A stretch of 64,000 bases of DNA from Takakia lepidozioides (Eukaryota; Plantae; Bryophyta): NCBI GenBank assembly GCA_030704615.1, contig CM060731.1, positions 94,116,001 through 94,180,000 on the forward strand. The letters run 5' to 3'. Below, piece after piece: positions 13,401 through 27,399 of the stretch. Positions within the stretch are counted from its first letter, which is position 1, and the number at the start of each line of letters is the position of its first letter. The notes below the pieces were generated by a model. It saw only the letters and a list, made by a program, of their open reading frames with translations, had not been told where the DNA came from and ran no database searches. Both the position numbers and the translations under genes were made by a program.

Positions 13401-16199
13401 TTCTAGCCTGGTCAGGCATTTAGGCAGCGTCCCTTTTCTATATGCCTATTAGGCCCACCCCCGAAAGGGGGCAGTAGCCGTAAGACGAAGTGGCTCTTAG
13501 TTACGCCGGCTTTGGCCGGAGTCTTTTCTCTCTCTCTCTCTCTCATTTTGAGGTCAATTTTCCTCGTTTTAATTTGATTAAATGGGCCTCCGAACCATTT
13601 TTATATTAAATAAATAGATTACACGTAGCAATCATAGCTTACATAGGTGTATAGAATTCCACAGTCCATTACTCCACGTGGCCTTTACACATGAAACCAC
13701 TTGTAAAGATTGGTGTAGAATACTCTTCATTGTTGTTATACATGTGTCAATTATTCTATATTATTTTTAACCTATGTGACATACTTGTTGACTGATATGT
13801 GTCTGCCACGTTGTCCACCAGGTGTGAGGTAGGTGTAAATTATTAAATACTTGTGTATTATAAATTACATGTAGGTGGCCTGACATCATCCAGTTGTCAA
13901 CATATTAAAACTCAAAATTAGTTTCATTTATTTTTATGAACCTATGTGGTAAAATCGATGACTACCATGTGTCTGCGATGTCGTGCGCATACATATCGCT
14001 ACACAACTACATCGTTGTCCAAAACCACACAACACATGTGCGGGGATTGCTAAACCGTGAGCAGAAAATTCCGTGAGCAGAATTCTGCTCACGCTTCTGG
14101 ATGTTCTCACCTATAACCGCGGACACCTATTCGGCTTAGATGACCTATTACTGCGGGTAGTGTCCAGTATAACATGCATACCAATTCATCATTATGGATG
14201 AATGATGGATGAATGGGCGATGAATGTATGTTGGATGAATGGCACATGGATGAATATAGTTTGTGGTTGAATGCAAAATTAAAAAGCATTTTTGAGTAGT
14301 GGTTGCCAAATCCCCCGAGCTCCAGAGTGAACCTCTGCCAACTGCAGAAGGTTGTGGTTGTCCTTTCACCAGGTATCCTAAGTCGAGAGAGATATTGACA
14401 CCCAATTGCAAAGAAGGTGGAGAGGCCGTGTGGTGCTTTAATAGAAATCGTTTGATAACAGCTGATTCATTCCGACGAAGAATATCCACTGCTACTGGAG
14501 TCGGAGTCCAAAACGAAGGCTATGAAGACACTAGCCTTGCTCTGCATAAAATCCTCTCTGTCGTAAAGCACACGAGGGGGAGAAAAGATGAAACTAAATT
14601 TGCAAGCTGCAGCCTCCGCATAACATGGCATCTACAAATTGTTCGGACCACATAACTTATGATTTGTTGTCATGTCATTCTTTCATGTGACCAGAAATCC
14701 ATGCTGGGTAAACGCCGGGTCTTTTGCTTGCCAAGCAGGGGTTGGGTTCATTTGCAAGTTTTCCAATTTTTATTTTTATTTTATTTTTATTTTTATTTTT
14801 CCCCGAATGTGCCAGATTAAGGTGTCGTCAACGACACCTTAATCTACCTTAATATGGCTAGTCTTCTGGTGTGTTATTTGGGGTGAATGACAACTACAAA
14901 TTGCTCGGACCACATAACTTATGATTCGTTGTCATGTCCTTCTTCCATGTGACCAGAAATCCATGTTGGGTAAATGCCAGATCTTTGGCTTGCAAAGCAA
15001 GGGTTGGGTTCATTTGCAAGTTTTTCAAAAAATAAAAAATAAAAATTATTATTATTATTCCCCGAATATGCCAGATTAAGGTCTTTTGGTGTGCTATTTG
15101 GGATGAATGGCATCTACAAATTACTCGGCTTATGATTCGTTGTCATGTCCTTCTTCCAAGTGACCAGAAATCCATGCTGGGTAAACGCCAGGTCTTTTGT
15201 TGCAAATGCAAGGGCCGGGTTCATTTGCAAGTTTTTCAAAAACAAATAATACAATAATAATATTGTTATTTTATTGTTATTGTTATTTTTATTTTATTTT
15301 CCCCGAATGTGCCAAATTAAGGTGTCGTAATCTGGCTGGTTTTCTGGTGTGCTATTTGGGGTGAATGGCATCTACAAATTGCTCGGCTTATGATTCGCTG
15401 TCCAAAGTGCTAAAGACCTTAGCATGCCCAATGACATCAAAGATCCTCTCCGGTGTGGGCATGACATACTTATCGGACTTGGTCTGACGATTTGCAGGCT
15501 GGTAATCACCGCACATACGTCTCTCCGTCCAATTGCCATAGACATCCTTCTTGGCTGGCATCACTGTGCCTGAAGCATACTCTCCACCAGAGAGCTCCAC
15601 CAAACCAGCATCCCAGAGATCTTGAGTCATCATCTGAATCAAAGACCTCTACATGTCACTGTATCTACAGGGTCTCCGAAAGATTGGCGTGTCAGTGGCC
15701 AACTCAATACGAATCCCTTGACCCTTCAGTGCTCACAAGTCCTTCAAACTAAAGGCAAAACAATTTTTGTAAGCCCTCAGGAACCGCCGTATACGTCGTC
15801 TCTCTCCTCCGGTGACAATGGGTCCAATGTCAGGCTCCCAATTGTCCTCCGTAACTGCAACCTTAAGTCCAGTGGGCTTAGAGGTAGAGGACGCGTCTAG
15901 TGGTTGCTATGTTGCAACCTCTTGAGCAGTACTCCCTACCTGCTCAGTCAATGACAATGCCTCATCCTGCCCCATCATCTCATCCTCAAGGACTTCCTCA
16001 ACCCGAGAAAAATCCCTAACCTCATCGATCACCGCCACCTTGGCTGCCAACTCCCTCTGAACCTCGAGCACCTCCCACATGTGCCATGGATGTCTGCACC
16101 CCATGGTCCTCTCATGCTCGCCTCCACTCACTGTCTGTACTGTCTCGGTAGGCAGAGAGACCATCGAGGGAAGTGTACTTTGCACTCTGCGTTGCTCAG

Positions 16200-17995
16200 C
16201 CATAGCCAAGCTGATAGTCCAGGTCAAGTAATTGAAATCCATTGCTTGCCCCAACACCTGACAACATGATGCCTCAGAAAGAGACGGCACCGCCGTGGTA
16301 CCAGTGGTAAAACCCATTGCCCGCTCATGCTCGTCAGCATTAGGCTCCACTAACTGCTACAACTGAGCATCCCACAAGAGGCCAGGTCCACTATCCCGGA
16401 AAGCATGCGATCCTGGGAAGCCGAGCAGTGTAGGTAATGCTGCTCGTGGTTGATCCACCTTGTTGACCACTGCCAAAGGCGAACGGTCATCGTGTCTCAC
16501 ACGCTGAGACTGCCTCGTTGTGTCCAAAATGCTATCCACTGTGAGGTGTGTTGGCCGATGCACCCCATCAAATGCACGCTTGAGCAGTGCGGATGACATC
16601 AAGTTAGTCCACCATAGCCGTGGACGATGAGCCCGTGACCTCACTGTAGCTGCATCTAGCAACACTGCTGACCCAAGCCACGACCGGACTTGATGCACAC
16701 TGGCCATCACCTTGGCCCGAGAATCGCCTATCAGTGACACATTCTCCAAGATGTATGTTGGAGATACAGCTTGATGAAGCTGCAAGTGACGCAAAACCCG
16801 CATCATCTCCCAAAACAGACCCGACCTCGAGTCTCGCAATCCATTGCCATGCCCGACTGATGAATACCCTTGGCATGGCCAACCTGCCACTACCAGATCA
16901 ATGGAGCCAACCCACTCCTAATCATGCGCCCCCAGCAACGAAATGTCTGCTGGCAAGGCCTGCTGATATCCACGAACTGTAGACACCGGCAACAACCACT
17001 ATAACAGATCACGGTAGTTATGACTACCAAACCGTGGTAGTCATGGTTTTCTTGACTTTGACCATGACTGTACCATGTTTTTATATGAAATTGACATCCC
17101 GCAGTCATTCATACGACTGTAGTCATATGAATGACTATCTAAGTAGTCGTCCGTATGACTATATGGCTCCGGAATGGGCGGAAGGCTGGTCAACGGCAAT
17201 TGACCAGATTTAGCTCACTATTCATAGTCATTTCCATGACTACAGTGTACATGGATGAGGTTACATAGTCATGATGATTACTGGGGATTTTGTAATTTGG
17301 TGTGTATAATACAATTAAAATACCATATAGTCACATGAATGACTAATGGGTGTATTGGTTAGCAGGTAGTGAACTATAACTCTTATAGTAAAGAGGTGCA
17401 GGTTCAAACTCCTCTAAGTATAAGATGATCTTAGGGTTAGTAGGCAAGCTAGGGATAGCACGTGGTACCTTAGATGGGCTGCCACGTGGTTTTTTCATTA
17501 TTATAATGCATTATGTCACGTGGCACAATGCAGTGCGACGCGACGTCTGACATATGTTTTAAATTTTTAAATTTTAATTTAATTTAATTTAATTTTTTTA
17601 ATCAATTGCGCCTCGTCACGTGACGCGGCAGCGGCGACTGCAGTATGGTATATATGACTGCAGTGAGAGATATCACTTGGTTCATCTAACTGTAGTCATC
17701 CGGACCGTACCATCCTGTACTCATTGTATTCACTTGGTTTGCACGACTTATAGTAATAGAAGTCATATGTACCGTTTATGACTGCAAAATAGTCATATAT
17801 ACAGTCATAAATACCGCGATCTGTTGTAGTGAACTCAGGGTACTGATGCACCAACTGAGCAACATGGCGAAGTGAAACGCGTCGTGCAGTCTTATCCCTC
17901 TCGACATACAGGTAACGCTGAACTCGTACACGTGCCTGTAACACAGCAGCCAATCCGGTGTTGATCCCGTCAAACAAGTCCAGAAGACAAATGCC
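16200..17995 (-). pseudogene. DNMT3-like C5-cytosine methyltransferase domain of Gypsy copy 1, disrupted by a CACTA insertion and stop codons
   Basis: Motif I CLLDLFDGINTGL, IV AGWPCQGYS, VI YILENV, VIII RAHRPRLWWTNL, IX EHERAMGF, X CQVLGQAM. Confidence 0.9.
16997..17831. mobile_element. Non-autonomous CACTA element (835 bp)
   Basis: TIRs cactataacagatcacggta / taccgcgatctgttgtagtg with a 3-bp TSD aac. The empty site is visible in copy 2 at about 47755. Confidence 0.92.
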
Positions 17996-20900
17996 TTCAT
18001 CCGGATACTGCCACACAATAGGTGTGGTATCCAATGGTGACAACTGAGGTGGTTCTGGTGCAATCCCCGCACTCTCCTCCTCTCCTGATGGTACAAAAAC
18101 CTCTACCCAGACATGTTGTACCCGTCGATCAGTAACCCGCTGCAAATCCTTGCTCGTGCCCCACAAGGTGTGTTATCCTCTGAATGAGCGTTGTCCTCTA
18201 GCAACTCTCCAGGCCAAGTCACTGCAGCTGTGAATGCTGCTAGTGTCGGCATCTTGCCCCGCTGGGCAACCGCAACTCCTCCTATGAACGTCACAGAGAG
18301 CTGCATACGCCGACCCTTCCCTGACTGCCATCCAGGCCTATAGGAAGTTGACTCCTCCCAAAAATCCAGGGTGAAGCCCATGGGGTACAACACTGCCCCA
18401 CCAACCAGGACATTGTACGAGACCGCGTCTGTCACAATGGCCTTGACTCGCATCACTGAGCCATCTGTAGGGTGATCCGGCCGTAGTTTGATAGCCAACT
18501 CACGTCATGTCATGCCCCAAGCCTACTCCAATCCTCCCCGGGACGTCTGTATCTGAAAAGGACAAGACTCCATATCCGCCTCCGTGAGGCCCAAGCCTGC
18601 AATAGCAGCTCTGCCCGGCATCAATGGCTGAGCTCCCGAGTCCAACAAGACCCGCAGTGGCCGGTACCTCTTGCCTGCAGGTCCACTCAAATAGAAAATG
18701 TCATCCTGGTTGTCTAACATGACAACTCCAGGTGTCACCATGACGCGCTCAATGGCTGGCCTAGCTGGCAGCTCCATGAACCTGGCAGCTGCAGCTTGCC
18801 ATGGTGCCGCCGTGGCAGTCTTGACCCTCAAATCCGAGGATCCCTCCGGCACTACACCTCCCACTATCTCCGCAGAAGATGAAGTAACCTCCCTACTCTC
18901 ACAGAGTGTAGCTGCCAGCGTGAACGCCTCAGCTGGTCTTACCCCCGGCGTCGCAATCATGGTAGCCGAGAACAATGGAGCCTGGCACACAGATGTGGCC
19001 GCTCCCAGCAGCACACTAGCTGCCATAGCCTTGGAAACACTAGGTAGTGGTGTTGCCCGTGTAGCTCTCCCCAATGACATAGTAACCTCCGCCTCGGTAA
19101 CAGTCGGGCGCGAGACTAGGTGCCATGGATGGCGTCGACACTGTCTCCGCCAATGTGAATGACTCAGGAAGCCTAGCCTGACGGCTTGCCTCCCCACGCT
19201 GTGGATCCAACTCCACCTCTGCACCTCGTGGCTCAGGAACTCGTGCTGCTCCTCAAATCACGGCTGCAGCAGACTCCACCTACACTAGTGGTAGTGCTGC
19301 TCCGCACATGAATCCCATGCCTCCCATATCTCCTCCCTTAGGAGCAGGAGGTGGACCATCCGGCCTTGGAGCCGGTACCACCTGAGATGTAGCCATGCAG
19401 CGAGCCTCTGCTCTAGCTGCTGAAGCCGGTTGGCCATGCTTTGGGCAACACCCTGACCTCCGCGTCCTTGGCCATGTTGAGCTTGCCCTTGGCCTGCACC
19501 TCGTGCCTGGCCACCTCGTCCTCTCTGGGCTGCTCCACCTCGCCCCCGGCCACCATTGTTCCCTTGGAACTGGCCTGGGCGCAACTCAGGATGCAAACCA
19601 TAACACTGGGCCTCTCCATGCCCGTGCTTGCCACAATGCCCACACTGCAATTGTGCAGGCTGTGCATATGCCGGCCCTTTGCCTCCCTCTGGGCAATCCT
19701 TCTTGACATGGGGTCCTCCACATGTCCAACACACCACCTCCGCCCGTTGTTGGCCTACAAATGAAGGGAGAGACCCCTGCATCTGAGGTCCTCTCTGTCC
19801 TTCCCTGGGCTTCACCTGGACCCCCTTGTTGCCTTGAGCACGTTGAGGTAGTGGTTGGCTAAGAGCACCACTACCCCGTGGTGTCTCCTTGGCAAATCCC
19901 ACCATGACCACTCGTTCCTCTACCATGTTGAGCTCTATCCGCTCTACCAGCAAAAACACATTTGCTAAAGTGGGTTGGGCCGCTTGAAGGAGAGTTGCAC
20001 CCTTCTCCTCAGCTCCTTGTCCAATATCCCATACCAGAATTGGACTGCCTGAGCTTCGGTAACCCCTTGGGTTATTTTTATCAAGCGCCTCATGCGAGTG
20101 AAAGCCTCCCTCAAGCTCTCAGTAGGCTTCTGTTGGAACTCTTGCAAGTTCCGCAACTTCTCTGTCCTCACCCCTTGGTAGTTCCCTCTCAACTCTTCAA
20201 AGAACTCCAAAACAGGGTTGAAGGCAGGCACGGGTACTGGTGCTGGTGCGGTAGTGGCTTGGGTGGACGTCGTAGCTACTGTACCACCATCCCCACTGCT
20301 GCTTGCTGAAGCTGCCGGTGCAGCGGCAGATATAGCCAATGCCCTCGTGGCTCTAGTGCCCCTAGTGATGGAGACATAGTCGGGTGACCAGTACATCCTC
20401 CACTCCTCGATCTCAACCTCATGCCCCCACCTGAACTCATGGTAATCATCCATAGGCGGCCCCTCAAGGTGTTGAAACAGCCCCTTCCATGCCATGAAAT
20501 GCGTAAATAGTTGTGGAATGCGCATTTGCTGCAAATCACACCAATTATCAAACTCTTGGATAAAATCATCCAACTCGATGGTGCCCACCGCCCCAGACTA
20601 CCTTCGTGGCCCCTTGGTAGCTCCATACATCTCCTCATTGTGTCCCCAACAATGGCAAGGAAACAACTTGCACTGCCGTGTGAGTCCTCCTCATTCACAA
20701 TCCGAATCAGAACCTTCGTAGAAGACACAGGAGGTGAAGGTAGCCTAAACCGCACACCTCGTCTCATGTACCCACTAGTATTGCTAGTGCTCGAACCAGC
20801 ACTGTCCCCATCAACTAGTGGCACCTCTGTGTTGACAAACTGTCATTCAACCGGTCATGAACATGTCCCTAATCCCCTCTCCACAAGGTAACCGGGTAGA

Positions 20901-21539
20901 GAACTTGTTGCGGCTTATGGTTTAAAATACTAGGTTCCTACAGAGCTACACCTGCACCTGCATCCCCCCGCAAGCACTCCTATGGTTGGCTGGTCATCAC
21001 CACTCCAACCTCACCACCAGGAGAAACAATGATGGTCTGACTGTTCCTCATCGCCAGCCACCCCTCACCATTGACAGCATGCTCTAGGACTGGCCGGTGA
21101 TCAAATCCCGGACCAATCAACCTATAAACAAGCGCCCACACAAAACTAACATGGCGCACAGTCAAGCATGCAGGTATGAGGGGATCCAAACACAAGAAAT
21201 CAGGAACGACAACTCCCCACACACCAAAAACAACTCCACGGGTGTTTGCCTGCAATGGATACCCCAGCCCAAACCCGGACTGACTCTCTTTGCCTCCACC
21301 TACGGAAAGGTCTTTGGCCTAATGAGAGGGTGGAAAACTACGAGGAAAAGAAGCTAAAACAATGCCTAACCCCAGCATGCCCTCATCCCAACACTCTTCT
21401 TCTCTTCTCTTCCCTCATTTGCATGACTATGGGAATATCATGAAGATACTCCTCAAACCGCCCTCCACGAGCGTCAAATTCGGCCTTCAAGACCACATGC
21501 CAGTCCTTAGGCAGTCCACCAGTGCCTCCACGAGTCAGC

Positions 21540-22200
21540 ACAGGCCGTCCACAGGTCAACACGGGCCAGCACAGACCAGCACAGGCCCACACAGATCACT
21601 GGTCATAGCCGTCACAGCCCCACAGCCCATCACAGCCCCAAATGCCACAGGTCACAGCCTGTCACAGCCCTACACAAGTCATAGGATCACAGCCCCAAAG
21701 GCCACATGTCACAGCCTGTCAAAGCCCCAAAGGCCACAGGGCACAGCCTGTCACAGCCCTACAGAGGTCATAGGGTCACAGCCCCACAGGCCACAACCTG
21801 TCACAACCCAAAAGGCCACATGGCACAGCCTATCACAGCCCCAAAGCACAGCCCCTCACAGCCCATCACAACCTGTCACAGCCCGTCACAGCCCTATACA
21901 GGTCACAGGGTCACAGCCCCACAGGCCACAGCCTGTCACAGCCCATCACAACCCCCAAGGCCACGTGGCACAGCCCATCACAGCCTATCACAGTCCGTCA
22001 CAGCCCCACAGGCCACAGGCACAGCCTGTCACAACCCCTCACAGCCCATCACAACCTGTCACAGTCCGTCATAGCCCCACAGGCTGTGGTCACAGCTTGT
22101 CACAGCCCTACACAGGTCATAAGGGTCACAGCCCCACAGGCCACAGGGCACAGCCCGTCACAGCCTGTCAAAGCCCTCAACAGCCCATCACAGCCCCATC
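21540..22200. repeat. cacagcc-rich minisatellite in the Gypsy 5' leader (copy 1)
   Basis: Degenerate gtcacagccc/cacagcc arrays, homologous to 51200-52439. Confidence 0.9.
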
Positions 22201-24333
22201 CATGGCCACTCATGGCAGTTTAGCCATTTCTCCAAGGGGTTTAGTCACGCCAAGCTAGGGTTTGTGTCTCTTGGACTCTAGGCTTCTTTGCACCGAGCTA
22301 TGGCGGCTGTGAGGAAATCAACAAGGTATTCTTGCTCTTTATGGCCCCCACACACCACCAATAGTAGCTCTAATTCTAGAGGAAGATGTTTGCAACCGAA
22401 ACTAAGTGCACAAGCTTCCTTTTTAACTCACAAAACAGTGCCATTGATCCCTATGGCGACTAACCAAACATGGCTGACTTCCAACCCTTGTAGGCACTCA
22501 TTCACGTGCTTTTCTTGACCATAGCATGCCCTTCGTATCTAATCCAGCCCCTGCACCTGCTGCTTGAAGAGTTGTGTTCCCTTCAAGCTTGAAGTTGAAA
22601 CCCCAACTCACATAGGCCCTACAAGTGCTTTTATTTCACCCCAAGTGGAAACCAGCCCTAGCCCTTCCGTTCTAGCTCTCTAAAGCTTGAAAACAAGAGC
22701 CTCAATGGGCTGAAGGCATGCTCCACACATGCCCCACTCTCACCATAAGAGAATCAGCTCTTTTGCTTCATTTCTTGCACCCACAAACCTGAAAATACAA
22801 GCTTCAGCGGGCTAAAAGCATGCTCCACACATGCCCTATAGGGAAACCAGCCCTTTCCTTCCTTTCTTGCACTCCCAAACCTGAAAGTACAAGCCTTCAA
22901 CAGGCTGAAAGCATGCTCCACACATGCATTGCCTTCACATAAGGGAAGTCAGCCCTTCCCTCTTCCTTGCTTGCCCTCCAAGCTTGAAGATGGAAGCTTC
23001 AATGAGCTGAATACATGCTCCACACATGCAACCTCTTCACACAAGAGGTATCAGCCCCCTATCTTGCTCTTTGGCTCCTTGATGCTCTCTAAGACAAGAC
23101 TAAGCACTCCACAGCCTTTGCCAAGCTCCTGAAACCCTAAGGCTTACATTTCCAGCCACAAGACACTCCTCTTGTGGTGCAAGAGCTCTTCTTCCAAGCT
23201 CTGAAACCCTAGGTGCACATTCCATGGCCTTGCCGCATCTCTTAGCTCCTGTTCCAGCCCTGCTCTTGCCATGACAAGAGCCCTCTCAATGCTGAAGCTC
23301 GAGATTGAAACCGCAATCCACATATTCCACAAAGTGCACTGATTTGCCCCAATCCAAATCAGCCAATCTGAAACCATCAAGGTGCTCTGGAATTACTTGC
23401 AGCATGGTGCTTTCATCTCTGAAGTTGAAAATCGAATGCCAAGGTCTACTACCTCGTAACCCACATCGCCTCCGCTTCTAACAACCAATAGCTCCACGGT
23501 GCTCCTTGCATAACAACCTGGTTTCTCTCATTCTCAAGCAAAAACCACAAATGTTACAACTAACTTGTATCTGGCACTTACGGATACGAGCTGATCTTTC
23601 TTGAGTGATAAAGATGAAGAATACAAGCACAAGCTCATGCGAGCTCACAAAGCTGAAGCATAAACTCATGCATATATAAACTCGTCACTCAAATACAAGT
23701 CAAGCCAAGTGCACCCCACGCCATGGGGAATCCACACTACGGCGCCATAGCTAGGCGCGGTGAAGCTCAACTCGAGAAAGATGAGCCTCCCACGCTTGCC
23801 GTGAAGATAACCACTCTAGGGCCTAAATTTGCCTTGACCCCTGGATTGACACTTGGGCCAATCCCAAATATCAATATGTAAAAGCTAGCTATTTCCTAGC
23901 TAGTTTCACACTAGTGGTAAAATAACTTGACACATGGTTCTAACTTATCTGGGCAATTTTTCATCCGACACTCATCCAACGTTCATCCAATGTTCATCCA
24001 TTCCTTTTTACGTTCATCACAGATACATTCATCCGTCAATTTTTCATCGCACATTCGTGCCACATTGTCGTCATAGAGCCTGTCTGTCTTTGGTCCGATG
24101 GAGAGAAGATTGCGTCGTTGCAGTGGAGTTTGTGTCCACGGCAATAGGCCCACTTGTTTCCTCACTTTTACGGTCCGTATCAATAATCTGCTCACGCTTA
24201 CAATCTGTTCACGCTTGGGGGAATCTGCTCACGGCTTTGCTGCCCTCCACATGTGCACACCAAATACTAGTCTATCACTAGTTTGCCACTAGTGCACCAC
24301 CAGGCTGCCACTAGTCACCACTAGTGTACCACT

Positions 24334-25056
24334 CACTACAGGAAAAGGGGGGGGTTTTCGACGCCGCGGCGTCGTAAAACAGCCCTTTTCGGGTGGGGAA
24401 AAAAAATCAAATTTGCGACGCCCTGGCGTCGCAAGCCCGTCACCAAAAAAACCAATGGGGATCGCAAATATGCGAAACTGCGATTTGCGACGCCCGGGAG
24501 TTAAAAAAAAAACAGAATCAGCACCGTCCAGGGGTCGCAAAGTGCGACGCCCGGACGTCACAATTTAAGGGGGTACATTTGAATTTAGGCTGGAAAATTT
24601 GAATTTCAAAAATTTGTTGACCATTGACTCTGGTTCTGTCTAATGGCGATATGTTCATTGTTCTACATATATCATGTAATGCATACATGAACCTAAGACC
24701 TCCACGTTATAACATTTCTAAGACATTACAAACTAACCAACACACCTACGCTACATCTATGTATTACAAAAGCAATATATATATATACATATAAAGATTT
24801 CCTTCAAGTTCCTTCAAGTTCCTTCTAAAAGGGTCTCTCTTGTGACGCCGGGGAGTTGCAACCTCCACAACCTTAGTGCCCAGCCCCAGCATCGTCGCTG
24901 TTGTTGTACCCCCCACCGCCAGGCGCCCTAAGCGATGTCCTTGTGTAGACCTAAGCTGACCACAACACCATTGCGACCCCCTAACGTCGCAACGTTGGGC
25001 GTCCAACGCGGGGCGCCCCCAGCGAACGCTTTTGTGAAGTTGAGGGCCGCAAAGCC

Positions 25057-25093
<37 letters not shown>

Positions 25094-25645
25094 ACTGTGG
25101 TGATGCTGTTGCGACGCCCTGGCATCGCAGAAGCGCTGGGGTGCCCTTAGTGACGCTTTTGCGACGTCGAGGCGTCGCAACGTCCTATAATATATATATA
25201 TATATTTATTTATTTTATTTTATTTTTTGGATTTCCGACGTCGGGAAAAAAAAAAAACTCTCACTGTGGTGATGCTGTTGCGACGCCCTGGCATCGCAGA
25301 AGCGCTGGGGTGCCCTTAGTGACGCTTTTGCGACGTCGAGGCGTCGCAACGTCCAAAATTATATATAATATATATATATATATTTTTTATTTTTTATTTT
25401 ATTTTTTGGATTTCCGACGTCGGGGGCGTCGCAAGGAAAAAAATCGTCGCAGTAAGGGGCCCTCTTTCCCCCTTCATGCCACAATGGTTGGGCGTCGTAA
25501 TGTGTCGCAGCAGGGATTGCGACGTTGGGGCGTCGCAAAAAAAGCGCGGCAGGCTCGGCGTCGCGGGCACAGCGCTGCGCGGGGCGTGGGAGCGCGCTCG
25601 GCTGATGTCGCAAAACCCCCCAACCCCCCCCCATTTATTGTAGTG
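24334..25645. mobile_element. Non-autonomous CACTA element (about 1.3 kb)
   Basis: TIRs cactacaggaaaaggggggg / cccccccatttattgtagtg with a 3-bp TSD act. Many subterminal gcgacgcc repeats and an internal duplication of about 165 bp. Confidence 0.92.
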
Positions 25646-26959
25646 ACTAGCCACCACTAGTGCAGCCACTAGTCTATTACTAGGTCGCCACTAGCCACCA
25701 CTAGTCCTGCCACGCTAGGCTGCCACTAGTGCAACCACTAGTCCACCACTAGGCTGCCACTAGTTCATCACAATGATAAATAAGAAGGATACAAGCTCAC
25801 ACGAGCTCACAAAACTAATGCATATATAAAATCATCACTCAAATACAAGTCGAGCCAAGTGCACCCTACGCCATGGGGAATCCACACTACGGCGCCATAG
25901 CTAGACGCGGTGAGGCTCAACTCGAGAAAGATGAGCCCACCACGATCTGCCGTGAAGATAACCACGCCAGGTGCCCAAACATATTTTGGCCCCTGGATTG
26001 ACACTTGGGTCAATCCCAATGTCAATATATCAAAACTAACTATTTCCTAGCTAGTTTCAATATATCAAAACTAACTATTTCCTAGCTAGTTTCACACTAG
26101 TGGTAAAATAACTTGACTGCTTTCGTGCGCATACATATCGCTACACAACTACATCGCTGTCCAAAACCACACAACACATGTGCACACCATACACTAGTCA
26201 TTCACTAATTTGCCACTAGTGCACCACTAGGCTGCCACTAGTCCATCACAATCGCCCCCCTAGCTGGTGCTTAGGTCCCTCTAAGTCCAGGTAGCCACAA
26301 GATGTGATAGTGGCCGTAATCTCATTAAGTCCTCCACCACTATCCCTACCACACTCAAACTCGATAGAACAAGAGGCCGGGTGCAAGAGTTGCCCCATCG
26401 TTAGTCGCCGTCTTGCAACCTGTGAACTTGAGCTTGGGATCTCGTTTATTGACTCCGATGAGCTTGGCCCCCCATGTCTTCTTAGCTACTACTAGTCATA
26501 TCCACTGCCACTATCCCAAGCAGTGTGGACATAACCAATCTCCATCAGGAACCCTCTCAAGAGGTGGGGTCAAGCATCCCATGTACCAACTTCTTGAGCA
26601 TCTTTGTAGTTGTATTTTTTTGGGTTGAAACATGTATGTCCACAACAAAGCAAACCGAGAGACACCACAAATTAGTCGACAAGCAGCTGCTGCTAGAAAT
26701 AATCAATAAAACATAACGAGGTCGAAGCCTCATATATTGTACATGCACTATGTAATATGCATCTTCTATAGTACTAGGTATTCTCATGGACTCCGAGGTC
26801 CTTGAGGGTCAAGATATCATCCTACGAACTATGATCATCACCCTGATCACTCTGGCCCTCAACCTCACCCTCGCCCTTACCCTCGACATCGGTCACCCTA
26901 TGGTCATTAGTGCTAGTACTACTTCCACGATGTTGTAGTTTTTTCGTACTCTTTGGTCG

Positions 26960-27370
26960 CCATGTGCCGCCCCCATACCTGTCTGTCGCTGGGTAACACA
27001 GACCCCCTGGGGTCGTAGCGTGGCGATACCCCCGCCCTAGTTCCTGCCCGTCGCTAGGTAACACCAACCCCCTGAGGGTTATATTGTGGCGATACCCCCG
27101 CCCCCAATCCACGTGCAGGTCACTGTGTGACACCGACTCCCTGGGGGTCGCAGCGTAGCGATACCCCCGCCCCCTCCAAACCCGTCACTAGGTGAAACCG
27201 ACCCCCTGGGGTTTGCGCACACACTTCCCACATCCTTGCTCGTCGACCAATAGCTCAACGTTCCCTTGCACCGACCCCGGGGGCTCGATAGGTGTTGTTT
27301 CAGTTTTAACTGGAAAGTAAAAAAAACAAAGCATTTAACCCGAGCAACCCCCTGGGGGTCGTTGTAGATT
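26960..27370. repeat. Degenerate ~60-bp GC-rich tandem repeat (probable DNA-transposon subterminal remnant)
   Basis: Recurring ccccctgggggtcg...gcgatacccccgccc units. Confidence 0.55.
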
Positions 27371-27399
27371 ATATGTTCAGCGTCAGACAGGGGGTCATT

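Larger units (their letters stand above)
15401..23932 (-). mobile_element. DNMT-Gypsy copy 1: 5' B repeat, leader, gag, PR, DNMT and RT start; 3'-truncated and degenerate
   Basis: B repeat at 23606-23932, followed by catg. Gag with CWTCGGPH and CGHCGKHGHGEAQC knuckles. Protease VLLDSGAQPL. DNMT motifs LLDLFDGI, GWPCQ, ENV and HRPR. RT start RRMCGDYQPAN..FSTLD, where the copy breaks. Confidence 0.9.
14042..24247. mobile_element. Non-autonomous MULE-like element carrying a nested Gypsy copy
   Basis: 9-bp TSD cacatgtgc at 14033-14041 and 24248-24256. Imperfect G-starting TIRs share ccgtgagcaga. About 3 internal tandem units of roughly 235-290 bp lie at 14620-15400. Confidence 0.8.
13979..26620 (-). 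mobile_element. 3' end of a PHD-Gypsy element (A-B-gc-A-PPT plus PHD remnant); its terminal A repeat is split by MULE and CACTA insertions
   Basis: A starts tgtcgtgcgcatacatatc at 13979 and resumes at 24257 and 25646. The A/B junction cacaatgata is at about 25773. B spans 25774-26118, the second A spans 26121-26250, then come the PPT atcgccccccta and sequence homologous to 43298-43650. Confidence 0.85.
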
